A stretch of DNA of 64,000 nt. Source: Candidatus Dormiibacterota bacterium (GTDB lineage Bacteria; Patescibacteriota; Saccharimonadia; UBA4664; DATLOE01). The stretch's first letter is position 1, and each line of letters starts with the position of its first letter. A program made the translations under genes and the position numbers. Shown here piece by piece: positions 9,932 to 19,220 of this stretch. Below the pieces are notes generated by a model, which ran no database searches, was not told the origin of the DNA, and worked only from the letters and a program-made list of their open reading frames with translations. Location of the stretch: assembly GCA_035536395.1 (NCBI GenBank), contig DATLOE010000006.1, forward strand, positions 6,899 through 70,898, written 5' to 3'.

Positions 9932-9949
9932 TCGAATCCGGTCGGACCC
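9932..9949 (+). repeat. Direct repeat of tRNA-Asp 3' part
   Basis: TCGAATCCGGTCGG(A)CCC matches 9814-9831 with one mismatch. Confidence 0.7.
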
Positions 9950-9968
9950 CTTATGTTATATTTGTGGC

Positions 9969-10385
9969 GTGGTTAAGAAATCTCTAAATCGAAGAAGTTG
10001 GCTCTTTCTGCCGGCACTGGTTGCGTTATGGCTGGGGGCCTTTTGGCTAGTCAACCGCGTGCCCTCATCCGGTTGTGCCGCCGGAACCGTCAGCGCTCAT
10101 AATAAGGAGCACCGCATAGTCTTTCAATCCGGCAAGGTTGCGCCATCATGCACCCGTCTTACGGCAGGAGAGAGCGTTACTTGGGTCAATCAGACCAACA
10201 AAGAAGTGGAGATTGGTGCCGACCCTCACCCAGTCCATACCGGCAATCACGAGGTGTCCTCCGGCGAGTTTGTTCTCAGAATATTGCCTGGCCAAAGCGC
10301 AAAGGTTATTATAAAAAAGAAGGGGAGTTTTGGCTTTCACGATCATGCTAACCCGTCAGCGCATGGAACCATCATTGTCAAATGA
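9969..10385 (+). CDS. Membrane-anchored cupredoxin-like protein
   Basis: N-terminal TM; GESVTWVN, DPHPVHT, FHDHANP..GTIIV pattern. Confidence 0.75.
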   Translation: MVKKSLNRRSWLFLPALVALWLGAFWLVNRVPSSGCAAGTVSAHNKEHRIVFQSGKVAPSCTRLTAGESVTWVNQTNKEVEIGADPHPVHTGNHEVSSGEFVLRILPGQSAKVIIKKKGSFGFHDHANPSAHGTIIVK

Positions 10386-11131
10386 AACGTATAGATATTA
10401 AATCTGACATCAACCTAGATTACGCCACAGAGATGAACTATCCTTGGGCCGATAAACTTATTGTTAAGATTCACTGGTGGAGCTTTGGCGGCTTGGCCTT
10501 ATTTGCCTTCCTAGCCGCGGTGGTCAAGATTGCCAACTACTATCCATCGCCGCTATCTTGGCGGGTAATGAGCCCGGCCGAGGCCTTAGGTGCCTTGGTG
10601 CTTGGGTTATTAAGTTCCGCCTTGGTCACACTGGCGCACGGGAAGATCAATAACCACTATTATTGGCGCTTGCTGGTCACCTCCACGCTGACCATCTACG
10701 CCTACCTGATGGTTTTCATTGCCGGTGGGGCTATAGAAATGCACTTTATCTTTTTTGCCATGATCACCTTGGTGCTGATTTACTCTGACTGGCGGCTAGG
10801 CTGGTTGATGTTGGTGCTGGTGGCCCTCCACCACGGCATCCTTAACTACATTGCACCGTTCTGGGTTTACCAGTATGGCCGTAACGACCTGGCGCTCTTT
10901 GCGCATTCCTGGCCGGTACTGATAGCAGTAATCTTTACCACCATTCTGGCCAATAATAACCGTCGATCAGTTCGACAGCTCAAGGACGCTCGTAGTAGCT
11001 TGGAGAAGAAGGTTCAGGCCAGAACGGCCGAACTGCGCAAGTCCAACCAGCGGATAACCAACATTCTGCAAGGCATTCTTGATGAAGGTCCGACCCGGCG
11101 TAGCAGGAAAACTGAAAAAGAAACCTTCTAG
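10382..11131 (+). CDS. Multi-pass membrane sensor-like protein ending in a signalling helix, no output domain
   Basis: EMHFIFF..LIYSDWR..LHH membrane domain, then LEKKVQARTAEL coiled coil. Confidence 0.7.
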   Translation: MKRIDIKSDINLDYATEMNYPWADKLIVKIHWWSFGGLALFAFLAAVVKIANYYPSPLSWRVMSPAEALGALVLGLLSSALVTLAHGKINNHYYWRLLVTSTLTIYAYLMVFIAGGAIEMHFIFFAMITLVLIYSDWRLGWLMLVLVALHHGILNYIAPFWVYQYGRNDLALFAHSWPVLIAVIFTTILANNNRRSVRQLKDARSSLEKKVQARTAELRKSNQRITNILQGILDEGPTRRSRKTEKETF

Positions 11132-11216
11132 CAGTTTTAGTGTGTGAGCTCCACACGATTAGGACAGCATGAGCACATTGAATGCTTTTTCAGGGTGCGC
11201 TATAATGCACTATAAT

Positions 11217-11516
11217 ATGGCATCGGAGTTTCCAAGATTAAATGACATACTGCCCAATAGTGATAAGGGTAAAAAGTCTAAGCGCACGAAAAAGGCGGTG
11301 AGCCCTGAGCCTGTTGACCTGAGCTATTACGATACCCGCCAGCAGGATGCAGGTGAACCGGTGACACAGGCCAAGTTAAAATCTAAGCCGAAGAAGCCAA
11401 AAAAGAAGGGCCGTATAAAGAAACTCTTATGGCGACTATTCTTGACGCTTCTAGTCCTTGGCCTTACAGCAGGCATAGGTGGTTTCATTTACTTCTATTA
11501 CTACTACCCGGTTTAA
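11217..11516 (+). CDS. Hypothetical Lys-rich protein with C-terminal TM helix
   Basis: ORF track; start placed at MASEF downstream of TATAAT. Confidence 0.6.
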   Translation: MASEFPRLNDILPNSDKGKKSKRTKKAVSPEPVDLSYYDTRQQDAGEPVTQAKLKSKPKKPKKKGRIKKLLWRLFLTLLVLGLTAGIGGFIYFYYYYPV

Positions 11517-11517
11517 A

Positions 11518-11910
11518 ATGACTGTGCGGCACAGGCTAATAAACTACTTTGCGGTACTAGTTGTTATCGGTACGATCAGCTTTATTGTGACCTACATTCA
11601 AGTAGTTAAACCACCCTTGGGATTGCTTATAAAACCATTCATTCAGCCGGTCAGCTTACCGCAGATTACTAATAGTCCCGCCAAAACCGCTGGCGACCAG
11701 TCTAAAAACACTCAGTTGCCCAAGCTAGGCAAGGCCACGACTACACAGTATGTAAATGTTCGGTCTGGCAAGAGTGCAAATACCGATTTGGTTATGAATT
11801 TGGATCCGGGCACGGAGGTGGAATTGGCAGAAGATAGCGATCGCACCTGGCAGCAGGTCAGCCATAATGGTAAGAAGGGGTATATATATAAAGCCTATCT
11901 CCAGTACTAG
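11518..11910 (+). CDS. Membrane-anchored SH3b-domain protein
   Basis: N-terminal TM; VNVRSG...WQQV...GKKGYI SH3b pattern. Confidence 0.8.
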   Translation: MTVRHRLINYFAVLVVIGTISFIVTYIQVVKPPLGLLIKPFIQPVSLPQITNSPAKTAGDQSKNTQLPKLGKATTTQYVNVRSGKSANTDLVMNLDPGTEVELAEDSDRTWQQVSHNGKKGYIYKAYLQY

Positions 11911-12055
11911 CCCAGCTCTTAATTCTTGCGTTTAGGTAACATTAGCGGAATCATACAAAAGTAACATAACTAACACGATGTAGTTTGTGATAAACGCTAA
12001 TGTATCAGTTTATGAATCTTGGGATACTTACCCTACCATATAAGAGGGGAAAGAA

Positions 12056-12235
12056 ATGAGTAACTCAAGAGGGCGTAAATTAAGGTCGATTTCCGGGAAC
12101 AATTATGAAGATCAGCAAGTCTTCTACATGAGCCTGGAGGAAGCCAAGGACTTTTTGGCCGACAAGTACGAATACTTAGCCGAGCGCTATGAGCGGCGCT
12201 ACCCTAATAAAAAGACCAAGCTTTCACAGGGATAA
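12056..12235 (+). CDS. Small hypothetical protein, 59 aa (MSNSRGRKLRSISGNNYEDQQVFYMSLEEAKDFL...)
   Basis: Manual translation; GAGGGG RBS upstream; hairpin downstream; below the ORF-track cutoff. Confidence 0.55.
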   Translation: MSNSRGRKLRSISGNNYEDQQVFYMSLEEAKDFLADKYEYLAERYERRYPNKKTKLSQG

Positions 12236-12407
12236 TATCAGTAGCAGGCAGACATAATTAAGGCACCTTGTTGGGTGCCTTTTGGTTTGAGTTTTCTGAC
12301 TCTGAACCGGGATTCCAAACCAAGCGGAGCTGTTTGGGAGCCCGAAAGTGAGGCTTTGTGGCGCAAGCTGGAATAAGCCTGATTATGAAAGCTGAAGCCC
12401 AAAATAA

Positions 12408-12565
12408 CTGGAGCGGGTAGCGGGAATGTGGCTGCACCACCTCCGCAAAGTGCTCGCCAAATTCCTGCAAGCAGTATTTGTCTGCGCGCTTTGCTGCACC
12501 GAACCCTGCGGGTTCGCTTCCCGCTTACCTCAACAAAAACGGCCACGCATGGTGACCGTCTTTGC
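12408..12565 (-). repeat. tRNA-Gly-associated element: hairpin, antisense T-arm, conserved core, duplicated tRNA 3' end
   Basis: CTGGAGCGGGTAGCGGGAAT is identical at 12408-12427 and 12565-12584; the interior has the same layout as the tRNA-Arg element. Confidence 0.8.
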
Positions 12566-12639
12566 TGGAGCGGGTAGCGGGAATCGAACCCGCCTCTCGA
12601 CCTTGGGAAGGTCGCATTCTACCGATGAACTATACCCGC
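12566..12639 (-). tRNA. tRNA-Gly(CCC)
   Basis: Reverse complement folds as a cloverleaf, CGACC-TTCCCAA-GGTCG, ends TCCA. Confidence 0.95.
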
Positions 12640-12640
12640 A

Positions 12641-12716
12641 TGGAGCCGATGAGCGGGATCGAACCGCTGACCTATGCTTTACGAAAGCATTGCTCTGCCA
12701 GCTGAGCTACATCGGC
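12641..12716 (-). tRNA. tRNA-Thr(CGT)
   Basis: Reverse complement cloverleaf, ATGCT-TTCGTAA-AGCAT, ends TCCA. Confidence 0.95.
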
Positions 12717-12791
12717 AAATAATATATCTACCCCCACAGGGTACTGAATTTTTCCCTAAGACACCAGTAAACTGCCTATCTAAATGATATA

Positions 12792-13196
12792 ATGCCAGGT
12801 ATGAATGACCAAAAGCGTATTGGCTGGCGGGGCTTAGGCAACATAGCGGAGCTGAAAGAGCATCCTCTCTTCAGAGACCGCATATCTCAGATTGCCATAG
12901 GGTTGGCTATTGTTTTTAGTATAGCTACGGTACTGGCGGCTATCACGCAAATTAAGCAGACCGACTACCCAGTGCCGGTTCATTATTCTAGCCTGGTTGG
13001 CTTTGATAAAGTCGGCAAATGGTATGAGAATTACCAAATAGTATTTTTCTCTTTAGTAGCGACTTTCGTAAATACCTTGCTAGCTGCTAAGAGTTTCAGG
13101 CGCAATCGCGTGGCAAGCTTCTTTCTGCTTTCCGGTAGTGTGGTGGTTTCATTATTTTGTTTAATAATTAGTGTTGCTTTCGCGTCAATAACCTAG
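12792..13196 (+). CDS. Hypothetical membrane protein (3 TM)
   Basis: ORF track; PVHYS..G.D..G.W motif between TM helices; first gene of an operon. Confidence 0.7.
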   Translation: MPGMNDQKRIGWRGLGNIAELKEHPLFRDRISQIAIGLAIVFSIATVLAAITQIKQTDYPVPVHYSSLVGFDKVGKWYENYQIVFFSLVATFVNTLLAAKSFRRNRVASFFLLSGSVVVSLFCLIISVAFASIT

Positions 13197-13199
13197 CCT

Positions 13200-14906
13200 A
13201 TGAAAAAAGTTACCCAAAATCTGCGCCCCTCGCTAGTCTACCTTACTGACAAGAGGTGGTTTATTAGAGCCTTAGAAATATTTCCAGGATTAATCACCTG
13301 GACATTTTTACTCACACCGATAGTTTTAAGTTTGATCCACCCTCTTTTTGTGGCCTACTTTATTATTGCCTTCGATCTTTTTTGGCTGATTAAATCATTA
13401 CGGCTCAGCGGTTACCTGGTGAGGGGATACAGGAAACTACATCGGGCCGAAAAGGTTAATTGGTCCGATCAGCTAAGGCGACTTAGAACCCCCGATAAAT
13501 ACCTAGTGGAGGCCGAGGCTAATCTGTCTGCCCACCTGCACAAATTCCCACGATCCAGGAGTATCCTGCACTTCACTTTGGCCGGGCGGCGCCAGCGCCA
13601 AACATACTTAGAGCTGGCGGCCGAAGTTAAGCGCATGCGGGGTATTACCGAGCGTCAGTCGGTTATTTTAGATCCGAAATCGCTGTATCACGCGGTGATA
13701 CTAGCTACCTACAATGAATCAATCGATATCGTAGAGCCATCGGTGCAGGCGCTGCTAGATGCCGACTATCCGGCGGCCCAGATAATGCTCGTAATTGCCT
13801 ATGAGGAACGAGGAGGAAAAGAGACTGAAAAGAACGCAAAGCAACTAATAGAAAAATATGGCAATCAGTTCGCGTATGCCGCGGCCATCAAACACCCCGA
13901 CGGAATTAAAGGTGAGGTAATAGGCAAAGGGGGCAACATAACTTATGCCGGGCGTAAGCTGACCGAATATATCACAGAGCAGAATATCGACCCTGAGCAT
14001 GTCATTGTGACTACGCTCGATGCCGACCATCGTCCGAGTAAACAATATTTTGCCTATCTAAGCTACGAGTATGCTATTAATCCCAACCGTGTGCGCAAGT
14101 CTTACCAGCCGGTTCCGATGTTTCACAATAATATTTGGGATGCACCGGCGCCGATGCGTGTGATAGCTACCAGCAACTCGTTCTGGCTGATTATTGAGAC
14201 GATGCGGCCGCACAGACTGCGCAACTTTGCGGCCCATGCCCAAAGCCTAAGGGCTTTAATCGACACAGATTACTGGAGCGTAACTACAATTGTGGAAGAC
14301 GGGCATCAGTATTGGCGCAGCTACTTTACCTTCGATGGCGATCACCAGGTGGTGCCGCTATTCGTACCGATTTACCAAGACGCTGTACTAGCCGATACCT
14401 ATATGCAGACCTTTAAGGTCCAGTTCAGGCAGCTACGGCGGTGGGCCTGGGGAGTTTCAGATTTCAGCTATGTGGTTTGCAACGCTATTCGCAATAAAAA
14501 TATCAAATTGCTCGATAAGTTGATTCAAATAGGGCGTTTGCTCGAAGGTCACTTTAGCTGGGCAACGGCCGCGCTTTTAATTAGCTTTGTGGCCTGGCTG
14601 CCGCTAGTTTTAAACTACGAATTCTCACAGACTGTACTGGCGCACCAGCTACCGATTATTGCCAGCCGGATTCAAAATGTTGCCATGGTCGGTCTGATAA
14701 TCACCGTGGCTATTAGCATGATTTCCTTGCCTCCTCGCCCCGCCCGCTATGGGAAAAGGCGCAGCTTAGCGATGATATTGCAGTGGAGCCTGTTACCTAT
14801 TACCAGTGTGGTATTCGGCTCGTTCGCTGCCATTAATTCCCAAACCCGTTTAATGTTCGGGCGCTATCTCGACTTCCAGGTAACCGAGAAGAGCAGGCGC
14901 AAATGA
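13200..14906 (+). CDS. GT2-family membrane glycosyltransferase
   Basis: TYNE, DAD, IVED and QLRRWAWG (QxxRW) motifs with flanking TM helices. Confidence 0.9.
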   Translation: MKKVTQNLRPSLVYLTDKRWFIRALEIFPGLITWTFLLTPIVLSLIHPLFVAYFIIAFDLFWLIKSLRLSGYLVRGYRKLHRAEKVNWSDQLRRLRTPDKYLVEAEANLSAHLHKFPRSRSILHFTLAGRRQRQTYLELAAEVKRMRGITERQSVILDPKSLYHAVILATYNESIDIVEPSVQALLDADYPAAQIMLVIAYEERGGKETEKNAKQLIEKYGNQFAYAAAIKHPDGIKGEVIGKGGNITYAGRKLTEYITEQNIDPEHVIVTTLDADHRPSKQYFAYLSYEYAINPNRVRKSYQPVPMFHNNIWDAPAPMRVIATSNSFWLIIETMRPHRLRNFAAHAQSLRALIDTDYWSVTTIVEDGHQYWRSYFTFDGDHQVVPLFVPIYQDAVLADTYMQTFKVQFRQLRRWAWGVSDFSYVVCNAIRNKNIKLLDKLIQIGRLLEGHFSWATAALLISFVAWLPLVLNYEFSQTVLAHQLPIIASRIQNVAMVGLIITVAISMISLPPRPARYGKRRSLAMILQWSLLPITSVVFGSFAAINSQTRLMFGRYLDFQVTEKSRRK

Positions 14907-15943
14907 GCTTTGGGGTAGCATTTGTAACCTCTTTTTTGCTGGCTCTGGCTGCCACCCCTTTGGTGCGACGGTTTGCAATTGCAATTGGGGCCATGGATCA
15001 TCCGAACAGCCGCAAGGTCCACCTAAAACCGGTGGCGCGTCTAGGGGGGCTAGCGATCTTTTTCGCTTTCGTTTTGGTGGTGCTTGCTATGCTGCCTGTT
15101 GGCCGCCAATTAGGAGCTCTTCTGGGCGGAGTATTCGTCTTAGTAGTTTTGGGGGCGGTAGATGACATTCGCGGCCTAAAACCCCTAACCAAGCTGCTGT
15201 GGCAGATTGTTGCAGCTTGTGTGGTACTAGCCGGCGGAATCGGCATTACTACTATCACCAATCCCTTTGGTGGGATTATTGATCTAAGCTGGGGCCGTTT
15301 TGCCGTCGACCTGCTTGGGTTCGACTTCCACATTACCCCCATTGCCAATCTGCTGAGTGTTATCTGGATGGTTGGGTTGGTGAATGCTATCAATTTTCTA
15401 GATGGTTTAGACGGCTTGGCTTGTGGCGTATCAGGCATAGCGGCGCTAGTTATGTTTGCGCTGGCGATTCAAGTTGGCCAGCCAGTGGTAGCCTTACTTG
15501 CTATCATATTGGCCGGCTCGGCGCTTGGCTTTCTGCCCTATAATTTCTTCCCGGCCCGAATATTCATGGGGGATAGCGGTGCCTACTTCTTGGGTCTTAC
15601 ACTAGCCTTACTCGCCATTTACTCGGGCGGTAAGTTAGCTACGGCTGCGCTGGTGCTGGGGTTTGTGATTGTCGACGCTCTATGGGCGGCTGTCAGGAGA
15701 ATCAGGCGTGGTACGCACCCCTTTAAGGCCGACAGGGAACACCTTCACCACCTAATGTTGGCAGCTGGCCTTTCACAGCGCACCGCCGTACTACTGCTTT
15801 ACTCACTGGCGATCTTTTTCGGCATAATCGCCTTGGCTTCAACTAGCTTCTCGAAGTTTCTGGCCTTGGTAGCCCTCTTTTGCTTCATGGTAGTACTCCT
15901 GACCGCTCTCGTTAAAATAAATGCTCGCCGCGGCGAGGGCTAA
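14903..15943 (+). CDS. WecA/TagO-like undecaprenyl-phosphate GlcNAc-1-phosphate transferase (MraY family)
   Basis: NAINFLDGLDGLA, IFMGDSG, HLHH motifs. Confidence 0.92.
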   Translation: MSFGVAFVTSFLLALAATPLVRRFAIAIGAMDHPNSRKVHLKPVARLGGLAIFFAFVLVVLAMLPVGRQLGALLGGVFVLVVLGAVDDIRGLKPLTKLLWQIVAACVVLAGGIGITTITNPFGGIIDLSWGRFAVDLLGFDFHITPIANLLSVIWMVGLVNAINFLDGLDGLACGVSGIAALVMFALAIQVGQPVVALLAIILAGSALGFLPYNFFPARIFMGDSGAYFLGLTLALLAIYSGGKLATAALVLGFVIVDALWAAVRRIRRGTHPFKADREHLHHLMLAAGLSQRTAVLLLYSLAIFFGIIALASTSFSKFLALVALFCFMVVLLTALVKINARRGEG

Positions 15944-16011
15944 AAGTACAAATATCCACTGTTTATGGACGGATTTTTGATATAATTTAGTCATAAGGAA
16001 GGGGCGCACAT

Positions 16012-16341
16012 ATGAGCAGGAAGAATCTACAAGAGCTGATTAAAAGCTTGCAGGAATTTTACAAGTGCCCTTCGTGTGATACCAACTATTACCTTGAGGA
16101 TATAAAGTTTCTGGGCGAGCTGAACCAGTACTGTTTTGTGCAGCTCAGTTGCCATGAATGCTCCTTGCCGGTACTGGCTACGGTCGCAACCAGCGGCAAG
16201 ACCACCAACCGCAGTAAAACCGACTTAACAGCTTCAGAGGAAGCCAAGTTTGCCGCTATGGGTGTCATTACCGCCGATGAGATTGCAGATTTTCATCGCT
16301 ATATCACCGCTCACCGCGGCGGATTCTCCAGAAGCAAATAG
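16012..16341 (+). CDS. Small zinc-ribbon hypothetical protein
   Basis: CPSC and CHEC pairs; AAGGAAGGGG RBS. Confidence 0.7.
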   Translation: MSRKNLQELIKSLQEFYKCPSCDTNYYLEDIKFLGELNQYCFVQLSCHECSLPVLATVATSGKTTNRSKTDLTASEEAKFAAMGVITADEIADFHRYITAHRGGFSRSK

Positions 16342-16416
16342 CTTATTTTGGTGCTCCTGAAGTCTATCTAAGTCATTTACAAATGAGCAATTTTTGGTGT
16401 ACTATACCTCAGTTAC

Positions 16417-17166
16417 GTGAGTAGGAAGAGAATGGATAAAATAGTACTTCCAGTTAAATCTAGGAAGAAAGATGGAAAACAAGCAAGTAAACTGCGGGCA
16501 AATGGCCTTGTACCGGCTGTCGTCTATGGTCATGGGCTTACAACCCTGCCAATTAGCGTAGATTCCAGAGAACTAGAGAAAGCATATGGGGATGCCGGCG
16601 GAAATAAGATTATCGGTCTTAAGATTGATGAGGCAGGGCTAAAGAACGTATTAATTCACGACTTGCAGCAAGATGTCCGCACTGGGCAGATTATCCATGC
16701 CGATTTTTATGCTGTTCGCATGGATGAGAAGATTAAGGCTGAAATACCGGTACACCTAGTTGGTGAATCAACTGCCGTCTACCAGCAAGAGGGTACTTTA
16801 ATCAAAAACCTTGAGGCGATTGAAATTGAAGCTTTGCCGACCAACCTGCCCGAAGGGTTTGAAGTAGACATTGCCGTACTCGATGATTTCGATAAAACGA
16901 TTACCGTTGGCGACTTAAAAATCCCCGAGGGCGTCACCATCCTGACTCCGCTAGAAGAGCTGATTGTGAAAGTCGATCCACCTAGAAGCGAGGAGGAGCT
17001 GGCTGAGCTAGAGGAGCCTATTGAGGATGCATTGCCGCCTGAAGAGGGCGAAGAGGCCGCTGAAGGGGCCGAGGAAGCCGAGGGTAAGCAGTCTGAGCAA
17101 GGTGAAGGTGGTAAACCCGAAGACAAGAAGCCCGATGCTAGTGGTGAGGGCGAGAAGAAGGGGTAA
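16417..17166 (+). CDS. rplY: 50S ribosomal protein L25/general stress protein Ctc (start may be ATG 16432)
   Basis: LRANGLVPAVVYG, HADFY motifs; acidic C-terminal tail. Confidence 0.93.
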   Translation: MSRKRMDKIVLPVKSRKKDGKQASKLRANGLVPAVVYGHGLTTLPISVDSRELEKAYGDAGGNKIIGLKIDEAGLKNVLIHDLQQDVRTGQIIHADFYAVRMDEKIKAEIPVHLVGESTAVYQQEGTLIKNLEAIEIEALPTNLPEGFEVDIAVLDDFDKTITVGDLKIPEGVTILTPLEELIVKVDPPRSEEELAELEEPIEDALPPEEGEEAAEGAEEAEGKQSEQGEGGKPEDKKPDASGEGEKKG

Positions 17167-17182
17167 AACCTTCCTAATACAC

Positions 17183-17209
17183 AATAAGCGGCCTTTCGGG
17201 CCGCTTATT
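17183..17209. terminator. Bidirectional terminator between convergent rplY and nrdR
   Basis: AATAAGCGGCC-TTTCG-GGCCGCTTATT perfect stem. Confidence 0.8.
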
Positions 17210-17651
17210 AGTATTTCTTCAGTTCGGCTTTCAGCTGGGCGTCAGATTCTAAATCGGCTTGGTAGGATAAGTATCGTAAGAAAGCAGCCGTATTGAAGTG
17301 TTTCAGGGTTGAAAGTACGATCTCTGCTATCTGTTGGGAAGTTATCTCCTGCAGCCTAGTATCTAATATTTTGGATTCTACCGTATCTGTTACTGAGTCC
17401 ACCGTAGTTTCCTTGGCAGGAATGCTCAAAAATGCACCATAAATACCTGAATAGAGTTTTGCCCGAGAGTAGCGCTGCTTCTTGCCGGGCTTTTTGATTA
17501 CCTTTAAAAACCCCAGATCAATCGCTTCATAGGTAGTGAATGACTCCTTACACTCGAGGCAGCGCCGTCTGCGCCAGATTTGGGTGCCGAATCTGGTGGG
17601 GCGGGAGTTAAAAACGTCGGTAGTCTCGGCCCGACAGAAAGGGCACTTCAT
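17208..17651 (-). CDS. nrdR: Transcriptional repressor NrdR
   Basis: MKCPFC...SRP...RRRRCLEC...FTTYE zinc ribbon plus ATP-cone. Confidence 0.93.
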   Translation of the reverse strand: MKCPFCRAETTDVFNSRPTRFGTQIWRRRRCLECKESFTTYEAIDLGFLKVIKKPGKKQRYSRAKLYSGIYGAFLSIPAKETTVDSVTDTVESKILDTRLQEITSQQIAEIVLSTLKHFNTAAFLRYLSYQADLESDAQLKAELKKY

Positions 17652-17940
17652 GAGCTAACCGGGGGATTAATAATAAAAAGCCCCGCTTTGGCCGAAAAAA
17701 ACAAATAAAAAGACGGCATAATCACGAAGGCTTTCCTTACCACTTCAAAATAGTAGGCTATTTGGAAATAAAATGCAAATTGTATGACAACATGTTGATA
17801 GGTAACTATTAAATTTTAAGGTGGAAAACTAATGCCAAAAGTGGATAACAGGTCTCTGGTATGCCCACATATGCCGCTATCATTGGTTTTTAAGCTTAAG
17901 TAGTATGATTATGTCCTGCTAGCTTACACCGGGAGGTATT

Positions 17941-18711
17941 TTGAAAGCCTATGTCGCAAAACCATACATTGGAATTACTGGCGTGACAGACAGGCATCAG
18001 GTTGAGGTACTGCTTAAATCAGCTGAGGAATTAGGTTGGCCAGACAGTCATCAGCTTATGATCGGCGCCCTGGTTAGCTATAAGGGCCTGACCTTGGGCG
18101 CGGCAAGCAATATTAACCGCTATATTTCTCCTGATAGCCTTGATCGGGTCTTTGTCGGCAGTAAGATGGCTCTAAATCTGGCGCATTACAACAGCCGGGC
18201 AGCTGGGCTCTGCGCTCAGTTGGAAACCATACTAAAACCCTGCAAATATGCCGATGGAGTGCAGTTGAATGTGGATTGGCCGCGTCCTGATCAACTGGAG
18301 CGCCTAAGGGAGAGGATGTTTACGAGGGTCGTTCTGCAGGTTAGCCGTCGGGCTTACGCCTCAGTGGGACAATCACCGGCTGCTTTGGGCCGCAAGCTGC
18401 AAGATTACTGTGGAGTTGTCGACAGTGTGCTGTTTGACCCAAGCGGCGGACAGGGGGTGGAGCTGGATGTCGACCGCTCGAAGGAGATTCTTGAAGCTCT
18501 GACAGACTCCGGGCTGCCGATGAGCTGGGGGCTGGCCGGAGGGTTATCTGCTGATAATATTGCCATACTAGGCCCCTTACTCGAGATTTATCCGGAATTA
18601 AGCTGGGATGCGGAATCCGCCTTGCGCGATGAGCATGACCAACTGGATTTAAAAAAATGCCTCGGGTTCCTAACGGCCAGCGCGGCACTGTTACGGCAAA
18701 CAAAAGGCTGA
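17941..18711 (+). CDS. TrpF/PRAI-like TIM-barrel protein
   Basis: YIGITG, VQLN, LFDPSGGQG, GLAGGLSADN, DAESALR motifs; no other trp genes nearby. Confidence 0.65.
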   Translation: MKAYVAKPYIGITGVTDRHQVEVLLKSAEELGWPDSHQLMIGALVSYKGLTLGAASNINRYISPDSLDRVFVGSKMALNLAHYNSRAAGLCAQLETILKPCKYADGVQLNVDWPRPDQLERLRERMFTRVVLQVSRRAYASVGQSPAALGRKLQDYCGVVDSVLFDPSGGQGVELDVDRSKEILEALTDSGLPMSWGLAGGLSADNIAILGPLLEIYPELSWDAESALRDEHDQLDLKKCLGFLTASAALLRQTKG

Positions 18712-18839
18712 GCCTTCGAGCTCAGCCTTAATTATTATGCTGGCTGTTAACCCTATTAAAAATAACTCTTGCGCTTATAGACTGTAGGTCTATACTAGGC
18801 GGTAAGCTTGGAGTAGTCCAAAGGTTCTTTGAAGGGGAG

Positions 18840-19187
18840 GTGTTTATGTTTGATCCTAACACCCAGCGGGCAAAGCGGCAGTTGCATATTTGTCCTGAAT
18901 GCCAAAAGGATTTGGTGTATCCCGAAGAATGGCAGGAAATCGGGAGCCAGGAGTGGCAGGTAATTTTACGCTGCCCCAACTGTGAACTGTGGCGTACTCT
19001 GCTATGCCATCAGGATGAGCTCGATGCATTTGATATATGGCTTGATGATGCGACCGAAGCCGTCCACCGTGACCTTAAGCGCCTAGCTTACTCCAATATG
19101 GAGTCGGAAATCGAGCGGTTTGTAAGAGCACTGCAAAGCGATGCCATTTTACCCGAGGACTTTCGCCCTTTATCGGGCAGGGGGTAG
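18840..19187 (+). CDS. Zn-ribbon conserved hypothetical protein
   Basis: CPEC...CPNC; C-terminal ILPEDF; GGGGAGG RBS. Confidence 0.75.
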   Translation: MFMFDPNTQRAKRQLHICPECQKDLVYPEEWQEIGSQEWQVILRCPNCELWRTLLCHQDELDAFDIWLDDATEAVHRDLKRLAYSNMESEIERFVRALQSDAILPEDFRPLSGRG

Positions 19188-19220
19188 TCCTTCTAGGGGC
19201 CGAACGAGTAGTTTGGCCCC

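Noticed and set aside
17820-17848. Two DnaA-box-like 9-mers upstream of nrdR
   Set aside because: One and two mismatches to TTATCCACA and only two copies; too few for oriC and plausible by chance.
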